In this document: piece by piece, positions 17,918 to 31,580 of the stretch
How the letters are laid out: each line of letters starts with the position of its first letter
Position numbering within the stretch: the first letter of the stretch is position 1
Source of the DNA: Eledone cirrhosa
Taxonomy: Eukaryota
Reading direction: 5' to 3'
Length of the DNA: 64,000 nt
Assembly (NCBI GenBank): GCA_964016885.1
Contig: OZ024742.1
Coordinates: 81,096,001 to 81,160,000 of the forward strand
Position numbers and translations under genes: made by a program
Notes under the pieces: generated by a model
Told to the model about the DNA's origin: nothing
What the model saw: only the letters and a program-made list of their open reading frames with translations
The model's database searches: none

Positions 17918-19579
17918 CCTTATATCAGAATGGGGGCGGTAAAAACTAGTTAGACCATTATTCACCTAGAGTATTCGATATTTGGTGTAATAGAATGAGT
18001 AATATCAAACAACGAGGACCCCGACGGCTGAGCTCCGGCCATAGCACAGCTGTCGGTGCCGTGAATCTTTCATATATATATATATATATATATATACATA
18101 CGTATATACATACTTGTGCACACGTATATACGTATATATATGTGTGTGAGTGTGTGTTTCTATATATATGGTACAACAATTACTATAGAGATCTGTAGAA
18201 TTCTGTATAGATTATCACTTGTGTTTACTAATATTTTACTATATATGTGTCACTTTAAAACTAATTTCATTTCACAAAATGTACGCGCTTAACATGCGTA
18301 TTAGCGATTGTTCATTAATGCAAATGGATTGGGAATCGAGAACAACAGTGATATAAGTTATAGTAAAAATGAAAAAAATTCATGTATGCATTCAGACTTA
18401 CCAGCCGATGTCTGAAACTCGCTGTCCAATTATTTATTGGTTTGCTATTGAGGAAGCAACTTCGATTATGATCTGAAATTGTCCCCCTGGAACGATAAAA
18501 GCAATGTCGCTAACGATTCTCTTGATCTGCTGCAGTTTTGTGGCTTGTTTTTGGCAGGGATGATTTTCAGTTCAGGGCATTTGTTACACTAGCTTTAAAT
18601 TATCGTTCGGTGTGATGAATTTTGTTTTCTGCTTTATGAGAATATTTAATACTATATACATAGTATTGAATATATATCAAATATTACACTCATGTAAATA
18701 AAATAATGTGGTTTGGTTATTCATAACAGTTTTATGTGTTTTTTGTATTGTATTCTGAGTATTGTTATCTTTATTTATTTGTACACTTTATTACTGAATG
18801 TTTGTTTTAATCTGTGTATGCCTTTACCAGTAACTTGGTGATGAAGGCCTTGCTTTAATGTTTCTAGGATAATATATTCACGTCCGTTCTCTTTAGCAGT
18901 ATATTTTTCAATATATTTCAATATATGTTTCACGAATGAATAAGGCAAATAAGGTGTGTTCAAAGTTATGTGTTCCTCTCTGTCTTTCACTTCCCTTCTC
19001 TCCTTATGTAGAGAGTCACATAGAACGTCACGTTGTGTAGATTTATCTAACAAGAAGACACATAATACAAAAAATAGTGTTGTAAAACATCTACTGGATT
19101 TATCTTGTTCATGGACGTTTTCAGTAATGCTGGAGAGCATCTCCGGTTCAACAGAAGCTGTTCAATGAGGAGGGAAGAAATTAAAGGAGAAAGAGAAAAA
19201 TGAAACGTGTGAAGGAAATGGGAGAGACAAGTTGATAAAATACTGTTGTGTACAAATATATACTCCAATTGCTAGAAATTCGAAGAATAAATGTAATTGG
19301 TCGTGATATTTGTTGATTTAGAGGTGGTTTCCCTGCATTTTGTCTGGGGATTTGTAAATACCCGTAAATTACATCAAACATTATTAGAATTAAATAGTAA
19401 AATTCTTTGCGTTTGAGCAGCAGACAAATGAAGTGAACAAAAGAGGACATATGACATTATATCGTAGGGATGCATTTACTGTATAATAAGAATGGAAAAG
19501 TGCTATTCAGAGAAATATGTTTAATGTGTTTCCATCTTTAACGAAATGTGCAGCAATTACAATTTGGATGGAATAAAGA

Positions 19580-20110
19580 TCAGGCTGGTCACTCTCATCC
19601 AGATATGATGCTATTCCTAAGAGGTAGGGTGGAGTTGGTGAACATGTACATGGCACCCGTCGTATATTACCGTCTGACCGTCCAAATCTCACCAAATTGG
19701 AACGCCTACTCTTCAACTTCTTTTGGAAGGGACAGGTTAGTGGTGAGGAGGTTAATAGGCTATTACCACCTTGCATGTGAAGACTTGGATATGATGTGGC
19801 TGATGATATGCTGAGGTTATGGCATCTTCAGATATTCTTAAACGCTGAACAGTTGTTCACGCCGTCTGCGAGACAGTGTTTCCGCAGCTAATCTCTTTGA
19901 CTCAGCTGCTGTCCTAGGTCAAGTATAGATCGAGACTGGGCGACTGGCATCTATAATTTTGCCAGGCGCGCACTCTCCTCTGACAGACTGGCAACTTTCT
20001 GCTGTCGGTTTCTATAAAGGATTAGTCATGGGCAGGTTTAACGACACAGTGGGAGAAGCTATGTGTGCCTACTCAATCGGACTGACCAGGCTACTGAAAA
20101 CCCTAATCCC
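19580..20110 (+). mobile_element. Degenerate Tx1-like LINE 3' fragment
   Basis: LRGRVELVNMYMAPVVYYRLTV matches LKGRAEVGNAYIASVIYYRLTV at ~50.3 kb. Confidence 0.8.
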
Positions 20111-20399
20111 AGAATATCGTTGCGTCCCCAAGTTATATATTCACACCAATTCTTTATGATTTCATATGGGCATTTACAGAAGGTATAGACACATTTCATC
20201 TTAGTGGAGTTTGTATACCCTTGCGCAAGGATCTCACATTCACTTCTTACCATGTGAGTCACAATTTCCACCTTTTTTTCCACAGAGCCGGTACTTCTGG
20301 GAGCCAGGAGTTTGTAACTGTTATATTTCACCGAACTGGTAGGAGGAGCTTGTACTTGCCCTGCAACTATAAGGCTATGTGTGTCAGGTTTCAAATGGA

Positions 20400-21625
20400 A
20401 TTGATTAAGCCATATTCATGATGATATAATCTTCTTATTATGTGTACTTCTTTTAAACTGACTATCCATCTCGTTCCTAGAATATATTTCCTTTTCTCTT
20501 CTGCTCTTTCGTTAAACTCTTCCTTTTCAACCATTTCTATTATATTTAACCCCATATCCTCTGCTAGACATTGCAAAAACCTCTTCCTCGCTGTTTAATG
20601 GATATACTGCAAGCGTTCTCCTTTTACTCCTTATGCAATGATTGACACTGATGAGGTTTCTTCAACCATTTGTTCTCTTCATATATACGATACTAATATA
20701 TTTCCCTTCAGAATTTAAAACTCCGTACAATATAAATGATCTCTCTTTCTATCCAATTTTCTTATGTCTTCTTCAGTCATATATCTAACCACTTCAAACC
20801 AGAATTATTGCATTCAAGTTGGATTTTAAAATCATTATTACTCTTTTTAAATGTGGATTGGCAGTATCGGTAGACGGTCGGACGCCATGCTTTCCAGCAT
20901 AGTTACGTCCCTTTACGATCTGAGTTCAAATCCCGCCGAGGTTGACTTTGCCTTTCATCCTTACGGGGTCGATAAAATAAAGTACCAGTAATGCACTGGG
21001 TAATTGCTGGCCTTGTGCCTAAAGTAGAAACAATTTTTACTCTTTTTAGATACATCCCTTTCAAGTTTTCTGTCATTTGTGCGTGCAAAAGATCATCTAT
21101 TTCTAAGATCTTTAAATATGTTTAACCACTATCTTCTGGTTCTACCATGGTTTCTCCTGATGGCAGCAAAAATCTACTATAGGCTGCCTTCTTCCTTTTT
21201 TCATATTGATTACAGAGCATTTGGAAACCAAAATACCATACCGATGTCACTGTTACATATCTGAAGTGTTGTAACCAATGTGTCTATTTGGATTCCTAAC
21301 TTCCCAAATAGTTTCAGCTCATCCATAAAGAGAAGGAGCTTTATGAATCGTGCTTGTTTCCAAATTGGTAGCCCCTTTTTATTTTTCAGGATGTGAATGT
21401 TATTTGTATCACTGTTATAACAAATAGCAACTGTCACAATCAGTCCCCTTCGAAGATACCTCAATTAATATCAACTTCTATCAGATTGACGTGGCATGAG
21501 TATGACTTTGCTTTCTACTCTGGATAAAGCTCGTGATTGTGTAAGCAATACGAAACATTCGCAGGCATTCCCCAATCTTAAATGGGGCACCATCTCGTAT
21601 GACTTCTTAAAGGCAATTAAGGCCA
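20400..21625 (-). mobile_element. Degenerate R4/Dong-like LINE RT fragment, interrupted by a SINE
   Basis: FKKSYEMVPH, LLFMDELKLFGK..QIDTLV, SDIGMVF resemble DYKKAYDMVPH / HLLFMDDLKLF / DIGMEFG. Confidence 0.7.
20851..21033 (+). mobile_element. tRNA-derived SINE with ~12-bp TSD
   Basis: A-box-like TGGCAGTATCGG, B box GAGTTCAAATCC, core GCCTTTCATCCTTACGGGGTCGATAAAATAAAGTACCAG; TTACTCTTTTTA on both sides. Confidence 0.92.
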
Positions 21626-21639
21626 TAGACTTTATTAAA

Positions 21640-23080
21640 GCCAGTAGACCTGTAGCTTGGCACCTGGAGTAGCACATCCATTTCCGCTGAACAGTGTAAT
21701 CAGACGATGGATGGGCGGACTGGTTAAATTGCTAGGGTCTAATTTGTTCCAGACCTCCAGATAGACGATTCCAAGCAGATGTGTGAGGCTTTTCGCCACC
21801 ACTTTTCTCAGCTGTTCGGGGGGAAGTAGTGGGTCGAATACGGTGGTGGACTCCAATCCTTACCTCAACGGCCTATCCCTCTCTCGACGTCCGATGGTGA
21901 GCGCTGGGACAGGTAAAGTTGTTCGGGGTCTGGTTTGGACCTGACCACCAGGTCGATATCAATTGCCACAAGGTGGCGATCGGGGTAGTCCCTCTTATCC
22001 AGAAATGAGGCCAGAGGAAGCTGACGCTGCAGGGTCGGGTGGAGGTGGCGAACGCGTACATCACCTCCTTCTCTACAACCATCTGACCATCGTGCCTTGC
22101 TCCCGTTCGTGGCCCGCCAAACTTTAGCTGCTCCTCTTTAACCTTTGGAGGGGACAGGTTCCGTTGGTAATGTGGTCCATCAGCTGTGCTTGGCTTGAGT
22201 AATCATGCGCACATATCCGCTGAGGCTGCGGCATCTCAAAATATTCTGCCTTAACAATGAACAGATGTGGTCGCCGTTTTTGTGCTGGGCTTTTTCCACA
22301 GAACATCCCTTTTTCTGAGCTGCAAGCATGTACAAAGAAAAGACCACGTCTGGATGCTTGAGACCTTGAATGTTGCCAGGCACTCACTTCCGTTTACCAG
22401 GGGAGGGGGGCATGTCGTCAGTAGATATTCCGCTCTGGAAGCACTCGGAGAGGCTCTGGGCGTCGACCAAATCTAACTAACCAGTGTGTTATGGAGGACT
22501 TTCGACCCGGGGATGATAGATATCTTCCAGAATTCCATCGTTTTCCAGTGATATTGGGGCACTGCCAGTCGTGATAAATGCTACAGGCACGGAAGTGCTA
22601 TCAGTCGGACCTGCCCAAGATTCGGGCAGATTGACGAAAGAGTTCAGCACGCACTCATCAATGCCCATGCATTACTGACCTGAGGAGTTATGTTGATAAG
22701 ATGTTGTCGAGTGTAGATCATAGTGAAGATCGAGCCGCCACCTTATTTTAGCCGGAAAGGTAAGGATGTTATCCTCTGAAAGAACGGAAGACAGACATTT
22801 TACTCTTCCATCAAGAACTTTTTCAATTTTCATATGGAAAGGAAGGTGAGGGTAAACAGAGAGGTGTTGCCCCTCGGTACAATTGCTAAAATGTGGGAGT
22901 ATGGCCCGTGTGAATGGGAAACTCTAAGCATGCGCTTGTATGCTGATTTATAGGAGGAAGAGAGAGGTGCCGTTCGCGGGTGCCCTCGAAGCCTCGGGTG
23001 CTTCATGATTTTTTGGAGGAACTGAGTCGACCTGGGGTGGTTTTCCCCCAATGGGGGAATTCTTATTGTTGTATTTTTCT
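21640..23080 (+). mobile_element. 5'-truncated, degenerate Tx1-like LINE
   Basis: Colinear with 50000-51450 (GVWFGPD, GRVEVANAYI, CPRFGQ..DE..HAL, 3' UTR CCCCAATGGGGGAATT). Confidence 0.88.
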
Positions 23081-25170
23081 TTTGTACATTATATAAAAAA
23101 CATTATCTTGTTGCAGAATAAATATTTTCCTGTTTCATTGTAATCATAGTCGTATTAATTAAATAACATTTACGAAGGTTTATGTCATTATCCTTCTGAA
23201 AAATATATTTGGTTATAACACCCAAATATATATATATTAATCTATCTAAACCAAGAGTGAGACATCATATGTCAATATGTTTTATATTTTATATAGCATA
23301 ATCTAATAGAATGAAGTAAAGCTATTTAATCGTTTCTATTTAAATTTCTATAACTTATGATGACTTCAATACCGTGGAACAAACGCTAATTTGAATAAGC
23401 ATAATCAATCTACTCAGTGATTGCTAATTGATTTCATTAAAGCAAAAATTAGTGGATGTGTAAATATTAAAATTGCATTTTTTTTATTACATGAATTAAT
23501 ATAATTTTTTTATCTTTTAGATAACAAATATTGTTAGTTGAATAATACCGCCACGATGTCACATGTCAGTCACAAATGACTGGTTTCTCTATCGAGACAA
23601 AAAGGAAATAGCAATGTTGCGACATAAAATTAAAAAAATAAATGTCCCAAATACTTCGTCCTCCGATGGTTTTAGCAGCACTTTTGTGTATTTTTTCAAA
23701 AGTGTCTGTAATGTTCAGTCAATATATTATCTTTAGATCATCATGTTTCACCTTTCACAATAACACGAATATTAAATATGTTATTTTTTAAGGAAGTTCA
23801 CCAATGCGCTTGGAGTATTAGGCATATCTGATGTATATTTATTTAGAATGAATATCACGTCTACCTTATTTTGATGGAAAATAATGTTATGGTTGTAAAT
23901 ACATTTTTCTAACATATTTTTAGACGAAATTTACATCAGCGTGTATTTGAAGGACAATATGCAAAGCGTAAACAAAAAAGGAATCGAAAGTAAAAGGAAA
24001 TCTACTACAAATATCAGAGTATTAAAACAAAGAATTTCATGCCTTAAAATATAAATGGTTAATTAATGTTATTGTACATATACATTAGTAAACTTAAACT
24101 GATTTTGTCGGTAACATTTTGATATAAATCACATGGTGATTTACAGAATTATTCTATTCAAACCTTAGAAAAAACACACACACACAATCGGTATGATTCA
24201 ATCATCATTGTGCATTAATATGTGCAGAAGAGCACAATTCGGTTTGCAAACATATCAAGACAAATCAAGCCATTGATATTATTGCAGATATGTTGAATTC
24301 CCTTGAAACTAAATTCTCAGATAAGATTAAGTATTTAAATAAATTGTTGTTCTCTCTATATATAAATATACTGTTAATATATGCATCGATCAGATAAAAT
24401 GAAAACTGACTAATAGTACTTCGCAATATTCGGAATTTATTTGAAGTTTTGATTCTTGTTTATACGTTGGATTCGACGCGACACATTTGTCTCTTTAAGA
24501 AAATATACGCTGTAATCCGCAATGAAATGTGGCTGTGTATTTAATATAAGTAGAGTTATAGTGTTAATGTCCAGTCATTTATACACCTAACCGTGAAAGT
24601 ATCTTATTTCAAAATATACAAATATATTTCTAAAGTCACGGTAGATGCTATAAATGAGATTATTAGGCAGCAAAAAACGGGGGGGGGGGGGGGTTACAGA
24701 CTCTACACCTAAATCAGTGCTGCGCTTTGGCTGCATCCCACAGACAACATAGCAAGGTATTTCTTGCGACAATGGCCAGAGACAACCGCTGCAACAGGCC
24801 ACCGCCTCATTGGGCTGATTCCTAGAGACGAACTGCTGTCCTTCCGATGTTACAGAATTGTCCCGTTGAAGCCGACGTGCAGTCAAATGTGTGCGCTCAT
24901 TGTGGTAGAATCTAATAACTACTCATTTCTTGTTTAGCATGGTGAATTAGTTCAATTTGAATTCTCTGCAAACAGGTGACGCGTATGATGAATAAAATAA
25001 GTTACATCTATAAGCTGTGCATACCTTTCCCTTCGTTGCTATCCTCATAAGGTAACAAACAAATGAATAAGTGTAAATAACTACACTATAAGCAAATTAG
25101 AAATAACTTCCATCTTGCAACTGTTAATTTTTTATGAAATTTTATATATAAATATATATATATGTATGTT

Positions 25171-25247
<77 letters not shown>

Positions 25248-25289
25248 GGAGGGGGAGAGAGAGATATTAGATATATATATGTATATATT

Positions 25290-25464
25290 CGTATGAATAT
25301 GCAACTTAACTGCACTGTGAACATCCGCCGTTGAAAAAGCATATAATGCTGAAACCGGTGCAACTATTAAATGCGGAAATACCCACTTTATAAATAAATG
25401 TTTTGATACTATCCTGAAAAAATCCTTCCAGCATATTCTACTGAATTCTTACTTTTTGCCATTT

Positions 25465-25470
<6 letters not shown>
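25290..25470 (+). mobile_element. Short PLE-like 3' insert in (TA)n with degenerate HHR
   Basis: TTGAAAA-agca tataa tgct-GAAA-CCGG-TG at 25331-25360; cleavage triplet is non-canonical. Confidence 0.5.
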
Positions 25471-25504
<34 letters not shown>

Positions 25505-25510
<6 letters not shown>

Positions 25511-25935
25511 AGTAAGTCAAGCATGTAACATTCGGCTTCGTTTATTATAAATTATAAATTCGTTGCTATATATATTTCGGTGACAGCTATTATTAGCTGT
25601 GAACCGTATGATTCCAGTTCCTCGGAGGACTAACAACACATCCAGGCGCTGGACATATCGATGTTCTGACAGAGTGGACCACACTTCAACAACATGTGTA
25701 CCTGTCATTTCCACACAAATTCGGACTGCCTGAAAAGGTCACAGCCAATAATAACTGTCACCGAAATATATATAGCAGAGAATTTATAATTTATAATAAA
25801 GGAAGCCAAATTTTACATGTTTGACTTACTTATTTTACATTACTCCGGAGTAAACAAACCAACGTGCGTACCCTCGTCGAGTGCTCCAATCTGCATGCAG
25901 AGGTGTCGCTAAACAACCCACATATACTAAAAAGA
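25505..25935 (+). mobile_element. Fold-back PLE-type insert with HHR motif
   Basis: Arms 25505-25602 and 25738-25836, plus a unique tail on the right. ctgc-CTGAAAA-ggtcacag..ctgtcacc-GAAA-TATATA-TA-gcag at 25726-25778. Confidence 0.8.
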
Positions 25936-26166
25936 ATATATATATATATATCTATCTATATATATATACATATACATATGTGGGGGGTGGGGGATATTTG
26001 TGAAGGCGTTGATGTTCCTTCCATACAACAATTAAGAAGAGCTGCCCTCGAGAAAGTGAGGGTATTTGAATGGGTTAATTTGAGAATTATGCGAAACCGA
26101 CAACAAAACAAATAATCGCATCATCTATAACATTAAAATAACAATCCTATAAGCAGTCGAGTCATT

Positions 26167-26403
26167 TCACACTGTATTGGCGCGTCTTTTACGTTGTGTC
26201 CCGATACTAATTAAAGGTGTGTTATCCGAATATTCTAGACACTGTAAACTTTTGTCATTAGCCACATACAGAAGAGCAAAATATTTTACTGTTATGGAAA
26301 CAATGACGAGTATAGCAATGGATAGCAAGAAGTTTAACCAACCGTATCCAGAGAAAAAGATATTACCCATTCCATAACAGACAGAATTTAAGAGAGTCAG
26401 CGA
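26167..26403 (-). other. Possible terminal coding exon of a membrane protein (unverified)
   Basis: ttgtag acceptor in frame with SLTLLNSVCYGMGNIFFSGYGWLNFLLSIAILVIVSITVKYFALLYVA..RKRRANTV*; non-repetitive context. Confidence 0.25.
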
Positions 26404-26564
26404 CTACAACTGCACTTGCAAATTAAATACTTTAATATTTCTATCTGTATGAATAGAAACTAGTTTTCATGTACATTTACACATGCAGGCCCATACACAC
26501 AGCGAACACGCATACAAATATATGTATGTATATATAATATAATGTATAATAGACAATACAATAT

Positions 26565-26643
26565 AATTACTTCGTTACCAGAGGTTTCTCGAATAAGACG
26601 AATACGAAAAATGTCCTCATTCGTTCATCGGACAAGGCAAATT
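26565..26643 (-). ncRNA. Hammerhead motif (long stem II)
   Basis: aatttgccttgt-CCGATGA-..-GAAA-CC TCT GG-TA-acgaagtaatt. Confidence 0.7.
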
Positions 26644-29195
26644 AAAACATAGTGAAATATTTGAAAATTCTCCTCACGAAAGGCAATAGTTTAACGGGCA
26701 AAAAAAAAATAAAGCAAGATATATATAAAAATAAGGAAATATAGTTAGGGTATGTGTATAAATGTGTATATATTCACTCACAAATGTACATATGTGTGTA
26801 TGTACAAATGCATGTGTATAGTGAAAATGTGTGCGTAAGTACATATATGAGGGCAAGCATAATTCCCTAACCGTATTTTTGGGCTTTATCGTGACGATGG
26901 TCTAATACTTTCCCATACCACCATAGGCCATAACTTAGATAGATTAAGGAAAGACTTAATCAAAACCCTCGCTAGTTTTAATCTTAAAATTACTATTGAC
27001 ACTAACCTTTCCCCATGTTAATTTTCTAGATATAAACCTAGATCTGCCTACTGCTTCTTATAAACCGTACCATAAACCTAATGAACATTTAAAATATATA
27101 AATAAAGGCTCTTGCCATCCTCCTATAGTTTTTAAAAACCTTATGCCTAATATTAGCTGTAGGATGTCCACCTTCTCTTCCTCAGAAACTATTTTCAATA
27201 AGGCATGCCCCTACTATAATAAAGCCCTTCAAAATAGCGGCTTTAGCGTACGCATTAAGTACATACCCAACAATACTAACTCCTTTAAACATAATAATAG
27301 GAAAAGAAAAATAATCTGGTTTACATCCCCCTACTCTCTAGGAGTTAAAACTAATGTAGGCAAAACATTCCTAGAGCTCTTAGATAAACATTTCCCTAGA
27401 ACACTTACATACTATAAGATCATCAGTAGAAACTGTGTCAAAATTAGCTACTCCTGCGGTGCCCCTATTAAATCTTATATCATCAATAAGAAATCACCCA
27501 GAGAACATCAAAATTGCTCATGTAGAGTCAAAAGTGAATGCCCATTACAAGGTAAATAAAACACCAAAGCCATTGTATATGCGGCTAAAGTGACAACCAT
27601 CAGCAACAACCTACGAGCCACCAGCGAACGATATGTGGGTATGACGCAGACAAATTCAAAACGCGTTATTACTCACATGTCGCATCTTTCTGACATCCAG
27701 AAAAAAAGATTTAAAACAGATCTGGCTAGCATATGGGATTAGAAAGAACAAGGTATCCAATATAAATTGGATTGGTCATTTTGAACCAATCTAAAGAATA
27801 TGCAAGAGGAACAAGAAGATGCACACTCTGCATAAGCGAAAAAATATTGGATTTTACATAACCTTAAGTCACCAAAAACCTGCCTAAATACAAAAACAGA
27901 AATGTTCACCAGTTGCCCACACATGAAATCACACTTGTTCTCCAGCTCATACAAACTTAACTCATTTTCATATACTTATCCTCCATAAACTCTCGTTCTT
28001 CACTTTTCTTAAATTATCCTCTTTACAGACTTCTCTTTCTGATTTACTTTCATTTTGAACTTTATTTTCATTTTTATTTTTATTTTCACTTCACATACAC
28101 CAGTGACCCCCCCCCCCCCACACTTTTTGATTCACTTACCTAATTTCTTCACATTCCACATTTTATTTCCCCATTTTCTTTCACTACCTGATATAACTGT
28201 CATTTGCGTTTTCAACTGCAGATATATTCTGTTGTTTCGCAGCCGCTTTTATATTTGTATTTCTTGTTTTTTATATGGCCGGTTTATAATTTGTATCTAT
28301 GCGTGTGAGTGTGCATGCGCCTCCGTATGTGTGCGTGTGTGTATCTATATGTGTGAGAACGTGTGTTTTTATATCTATATTTATACGAGTGTGTTTATGT
28401 GGGTGAATGTATGTGTATAAGTATGTGTATATATATATATGTATATGTATATGCATGTATGTGTGTGTATGCATATATGTATATATATAGTCGCGTATGT
28501 ACGTGTACTTAGATATACATGTGCCGATATATGTATATATATATATATATGTGTGTGCTTCGTGTGTATGTATGTACGTATGCATGCACTTTTGTTTGTA
28601 CGTATTCATAAATATATATATATATTTATATGTATATATGCGTACGTGCGAACCTATGTTTGTTTTCTTTTTCTCTAGTGTTAATTTATAATTGATAACC
28701 CCTCCCTCTTACTTTCTCTTTGATTTAAACAAATTGTTTTTCTTTCTTACATATTGTTTCATGTTTATATGTATCGAATATGACACTCTTTTTTACTAAT
28801 ACACTCCCTTCCCTTTTTATCTTCCGCAGATGAATTATCGCGCGTGTGTGTGTTTATACGCGTGCTTTCATACTTGTATGTGCATATATTTAATACCTAA
28901 ATCTGGATGTACATTATCTTACATTTCCTTTTTCAACTTATATTATATACGTATTTGTAGTCACACATACACTGTTATTATGATTGCTCTCATATATGTA
29001 CTTACGCACACATTTTCAGTATACATTGCATTTGTACATGCACACATATGTACATTTGTGAGTGAATATATACACATTTATACACATACCCTAACTATAT
29101 TTCCTTATTTTTATATATCTCTTGCTTTATTTTTTTTTGCCCGTTAAACTCTTGCCTTTCTTGAGGAGATTTTTCAAATAGTTCACTATGTATTT

Positions 29196-29273
29196 AATTG
29201 CCTTGTCCGATGAACGAATGGGGACGTTTTTCGTATTCGTCTTATTCGAGAAACCTCTGCTAATGAGGTAATT
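29196..29273 (+). ncRNA. Hammerhead motif (long stem II)
   Basis: aattgccttgt-CCGATGA-..-GAAA-cctctgc-TA-atgaggtaatt; stem I pairs with G-U wobbles. Confidence 0.7.
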
Positions 29274-29373
29274 ATATTGTATCATTTATTATGCATAAAA
29301 TTTAGCTCTGGTACTTACAAAGAGCACTCTTCACTCCCATGACTTTTTCAATTTTCAACGGAAACTTCAATAC

Positions 29374-29432
<59 letters not shown>

Positions 29433-29437
<5 letters not shown>

Positions 29438-29860
29438 AAAGAATAGAGGTGTAACACACAAGTTATTATATATTGGTAAACGGAATAGAAAATGCTGACA
29501 AATTTTTCACAGTTGAAAAATGGTTTAATTAGGAATAAAAGAGTATTAGTGATTGTATGGGTTAGTATTCAGTTGTGGTTTTAAGTTTTTAAGTTTTTAC
29601 CGGTTGCGCATTTCTAAATGCTTTTCAAAAATAATTTTGAGATAGAGTGTCCGTGCTATTTGCTCAGATCAGAGCAAACAGCACGGACGATCTATCTCAA
29701 AATTATTTTTGAAAAGCATTTAGAAATGCGCAACCGGTAAAAACTTAAAAACTTAAAACCACAACTGAATACTAACCCATACAATCGCTAATACTCTTTT
29801 ATTCCTAATTAAACCATTTTTCAACTGTGAACAATTTGTCAGCATTTTCTATTCCGTTTA

Positions 29861-29867
<7 letters not shown>
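29433..29867. mobile_element. ~200-bp-arm near-perfect fold-back in (TA)n; HHR-like motif in each arm
   Basis: Centre ~29668. TTGAAAA-gcatt..aatgc-GCAA-CCGG-TA at 29709-29739 (+) and its mirror at ~29595-29630 (-); ~35-nt tail on the left only. Confidence 0.9.
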
Positions 29868-29909
<42 letters not shown>

Positions 29910-29914
<5 letters not shown>

Positions 29915-30177
29915 AAAAAGATGAAATCGAAAATGCAACTGGAGTCTTATTTAAATATATATATATATATATTTATTTGGTTCCTTTACTGGTTTCGCAG
30001 TTCTTCTGCTTTTCAAAAGTAAGTTGAGATGGAGGGTCTGTGGTTTTCTCACATGTGAGAAAAACCACAGACCCACCAAATCAACTCTACGGTAAAGGAA
30101 CCAAATACATATATATATATTTTCACTCGTGTAGGACACCTCGATTATTTTTCATTTTGTAAAAAAACTTCACATTC

Positions 30178-30181
<4 letters not shown>
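29910..30181. mobile_element. Fold-back copy of the 15.7-15.9 kb PLE 3' end
   Basis: Inverted copy with HHR (29984-30019, -) joined at TCTCACATGTGAGA to a forward, internally deleted copy with the tail GTGTAGGA.ACCTCG..TGTAAAAAAA. Confidence 0.92.
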
Positions 30182-30240
<59 letters not shown>

Positions 30241-30243
<3 letters not shown>

Positions 30244-30545
30244 AGAATGAGGGTTTTTTTAAATGCATAAAAAGACCTGAAATTATAAGGAAAAAAGATA
30301 AAATAGAAAATGCAACTGCATTGTTATCAAGAATATTTATTTGTTTCCTTTACCGGTTTCACAGTAATCATGCTTTTCAAAAGTAGTTTGAGATGGAGGT
30401 TTTCTCGCATCTATAGAAAAACCACAAACCCTCCATCTCAATTCGACTTTTGAAAAGCAAGTGAATTGTGAAACCGCTAACGGAAACAAATATATATTCT
30501 TAAAAAGACTCCAGTTGCTATTTCGATTTCAGGTTTTTTCCTTAT
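30241..30545. mobile_element. Older fold-back copy of the same PLE 3' end
   Basis: HHR motifs at 30348-30383 (-) and 30447-30482 (+, degenerate). Confidence 0.88.
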
Positions 30546-30787
30546 GTATATATAACTGTGTATATATGTTTGGAGTGACACTATATATATATATATATAT
30601 ATATATAAATTAACTCGTTTTTTATTTGTCTCCAATGCACTTAAAACCCAGTGCCATAGGAATAGGTTTTTCTCGCAGGAATTATTAAGGCATGCAAGAT
30701 TTCACAGTTCTAGCATCACTTCTTCATATTCCGCATATGAACATTTTCACCTACCCACGTGTATATACATACACGCACACACATATA

Positions 30788-30905
<118 letters not shown>

Positions 30906-30932
30906 TATATGTATATATATGTATATATATAG

Positions 30933-31350
30933 ATATTAATAAAAGGAAATCCGACTCTGTCTGATTTATTCGTTTTATTTAAAATCCTTTAAAATTTATA
31001 ATGGTATTAGAAGGAAATAATATGGTAGAATATTAAATGTTAAGTTTTAATTGAACACATACTTTCATGCTATCGAAATCTTCAGGTTCATATTCAATGG
31101 TGACAGTCAAGTTGCAATTTTTAACTGTTGAAAATTGAACACTTGACTGTCACCACCACAGAATATGTACCTGAAGATTGCGAAAGCATGAAAGTACCTG
31201 TTCAATTAACACTTAACATTTAATATTCTACCATACTATTTCATTCTAATGCCATTATAAATGTTAATGGATTGTAAAGAAAATGAGTAAATCAGACAAA
31301 GTTGGAATTCATTTTATTAATATAATCTTCTATACACAATCATACACACC
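30933..31350. mobile_element. ~180-bp-arm fold-back in (TA)n with HHR-like cores
   Basis: CTGAAGA-ttgc gaaa gcat-GAAA-gtac at 31171-31197 (+) and its mirror at 31052-31090 (-); cleavage site is degenerate. Confidence 0.82.
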
Positions 31351-31364
31351 CGCGTATATTTATT

Positions 31365-31397
<33 letters not shown>

Positions 31398-31416
31398 CAT
31401 GCATATATATATATAA

Positions 31417-31580
31417 TCATCACCGTTTCAAGTCTATTTTTCTACATTACCATGGGTTAGACGAGTTGTTTCCTTGTTGGACAGGCCCCGTGCCCATGTC
31501 TTGTTAATACAGAACTGATTTGGTGTCGTTGTTTTTTACAGTGTGATGCCCATCCCAACGCTATCACATTTACAGTTGGT
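31417..31580 (-). mobile_element. Short retroposon 3' end with (ATG)n-like tail; related piece at 5225-5273
   Basis: CATCACCGTTTCAAGTCTATTTT.C..CATGGGTTAGACG is the reverse complement of CCATGCTAGCGTGGAAAGTGGACGTTAAACGA..ATGATGATG. Confidence 0.55.

Larger units (their letters stand above)
26535..29380 (+). mobile_element. 5'-truncated PLE with inverted 5' pseudo-LTR
   Basis: GLYRDDGL (26881), NFLDINLDL, RKIIWFTSPY, CSCRVKSECPLQG, IVY..YVGMT. 26535-26855 is the reverse complement of 28985-29295; a tail follows only the right copy. Confidence 0.93.

Noticed and set aside
18397-18600. Minus-strand exon ending in GTAAG
   Set aside because: No convincing open frame or acceptor; could be non-coding but unsupported.
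24976-25051. Plus-strand micro-exon (CAG|...|GTAAC)
   Set aside because: Plausible frames contain stops and there is no supporting homology.
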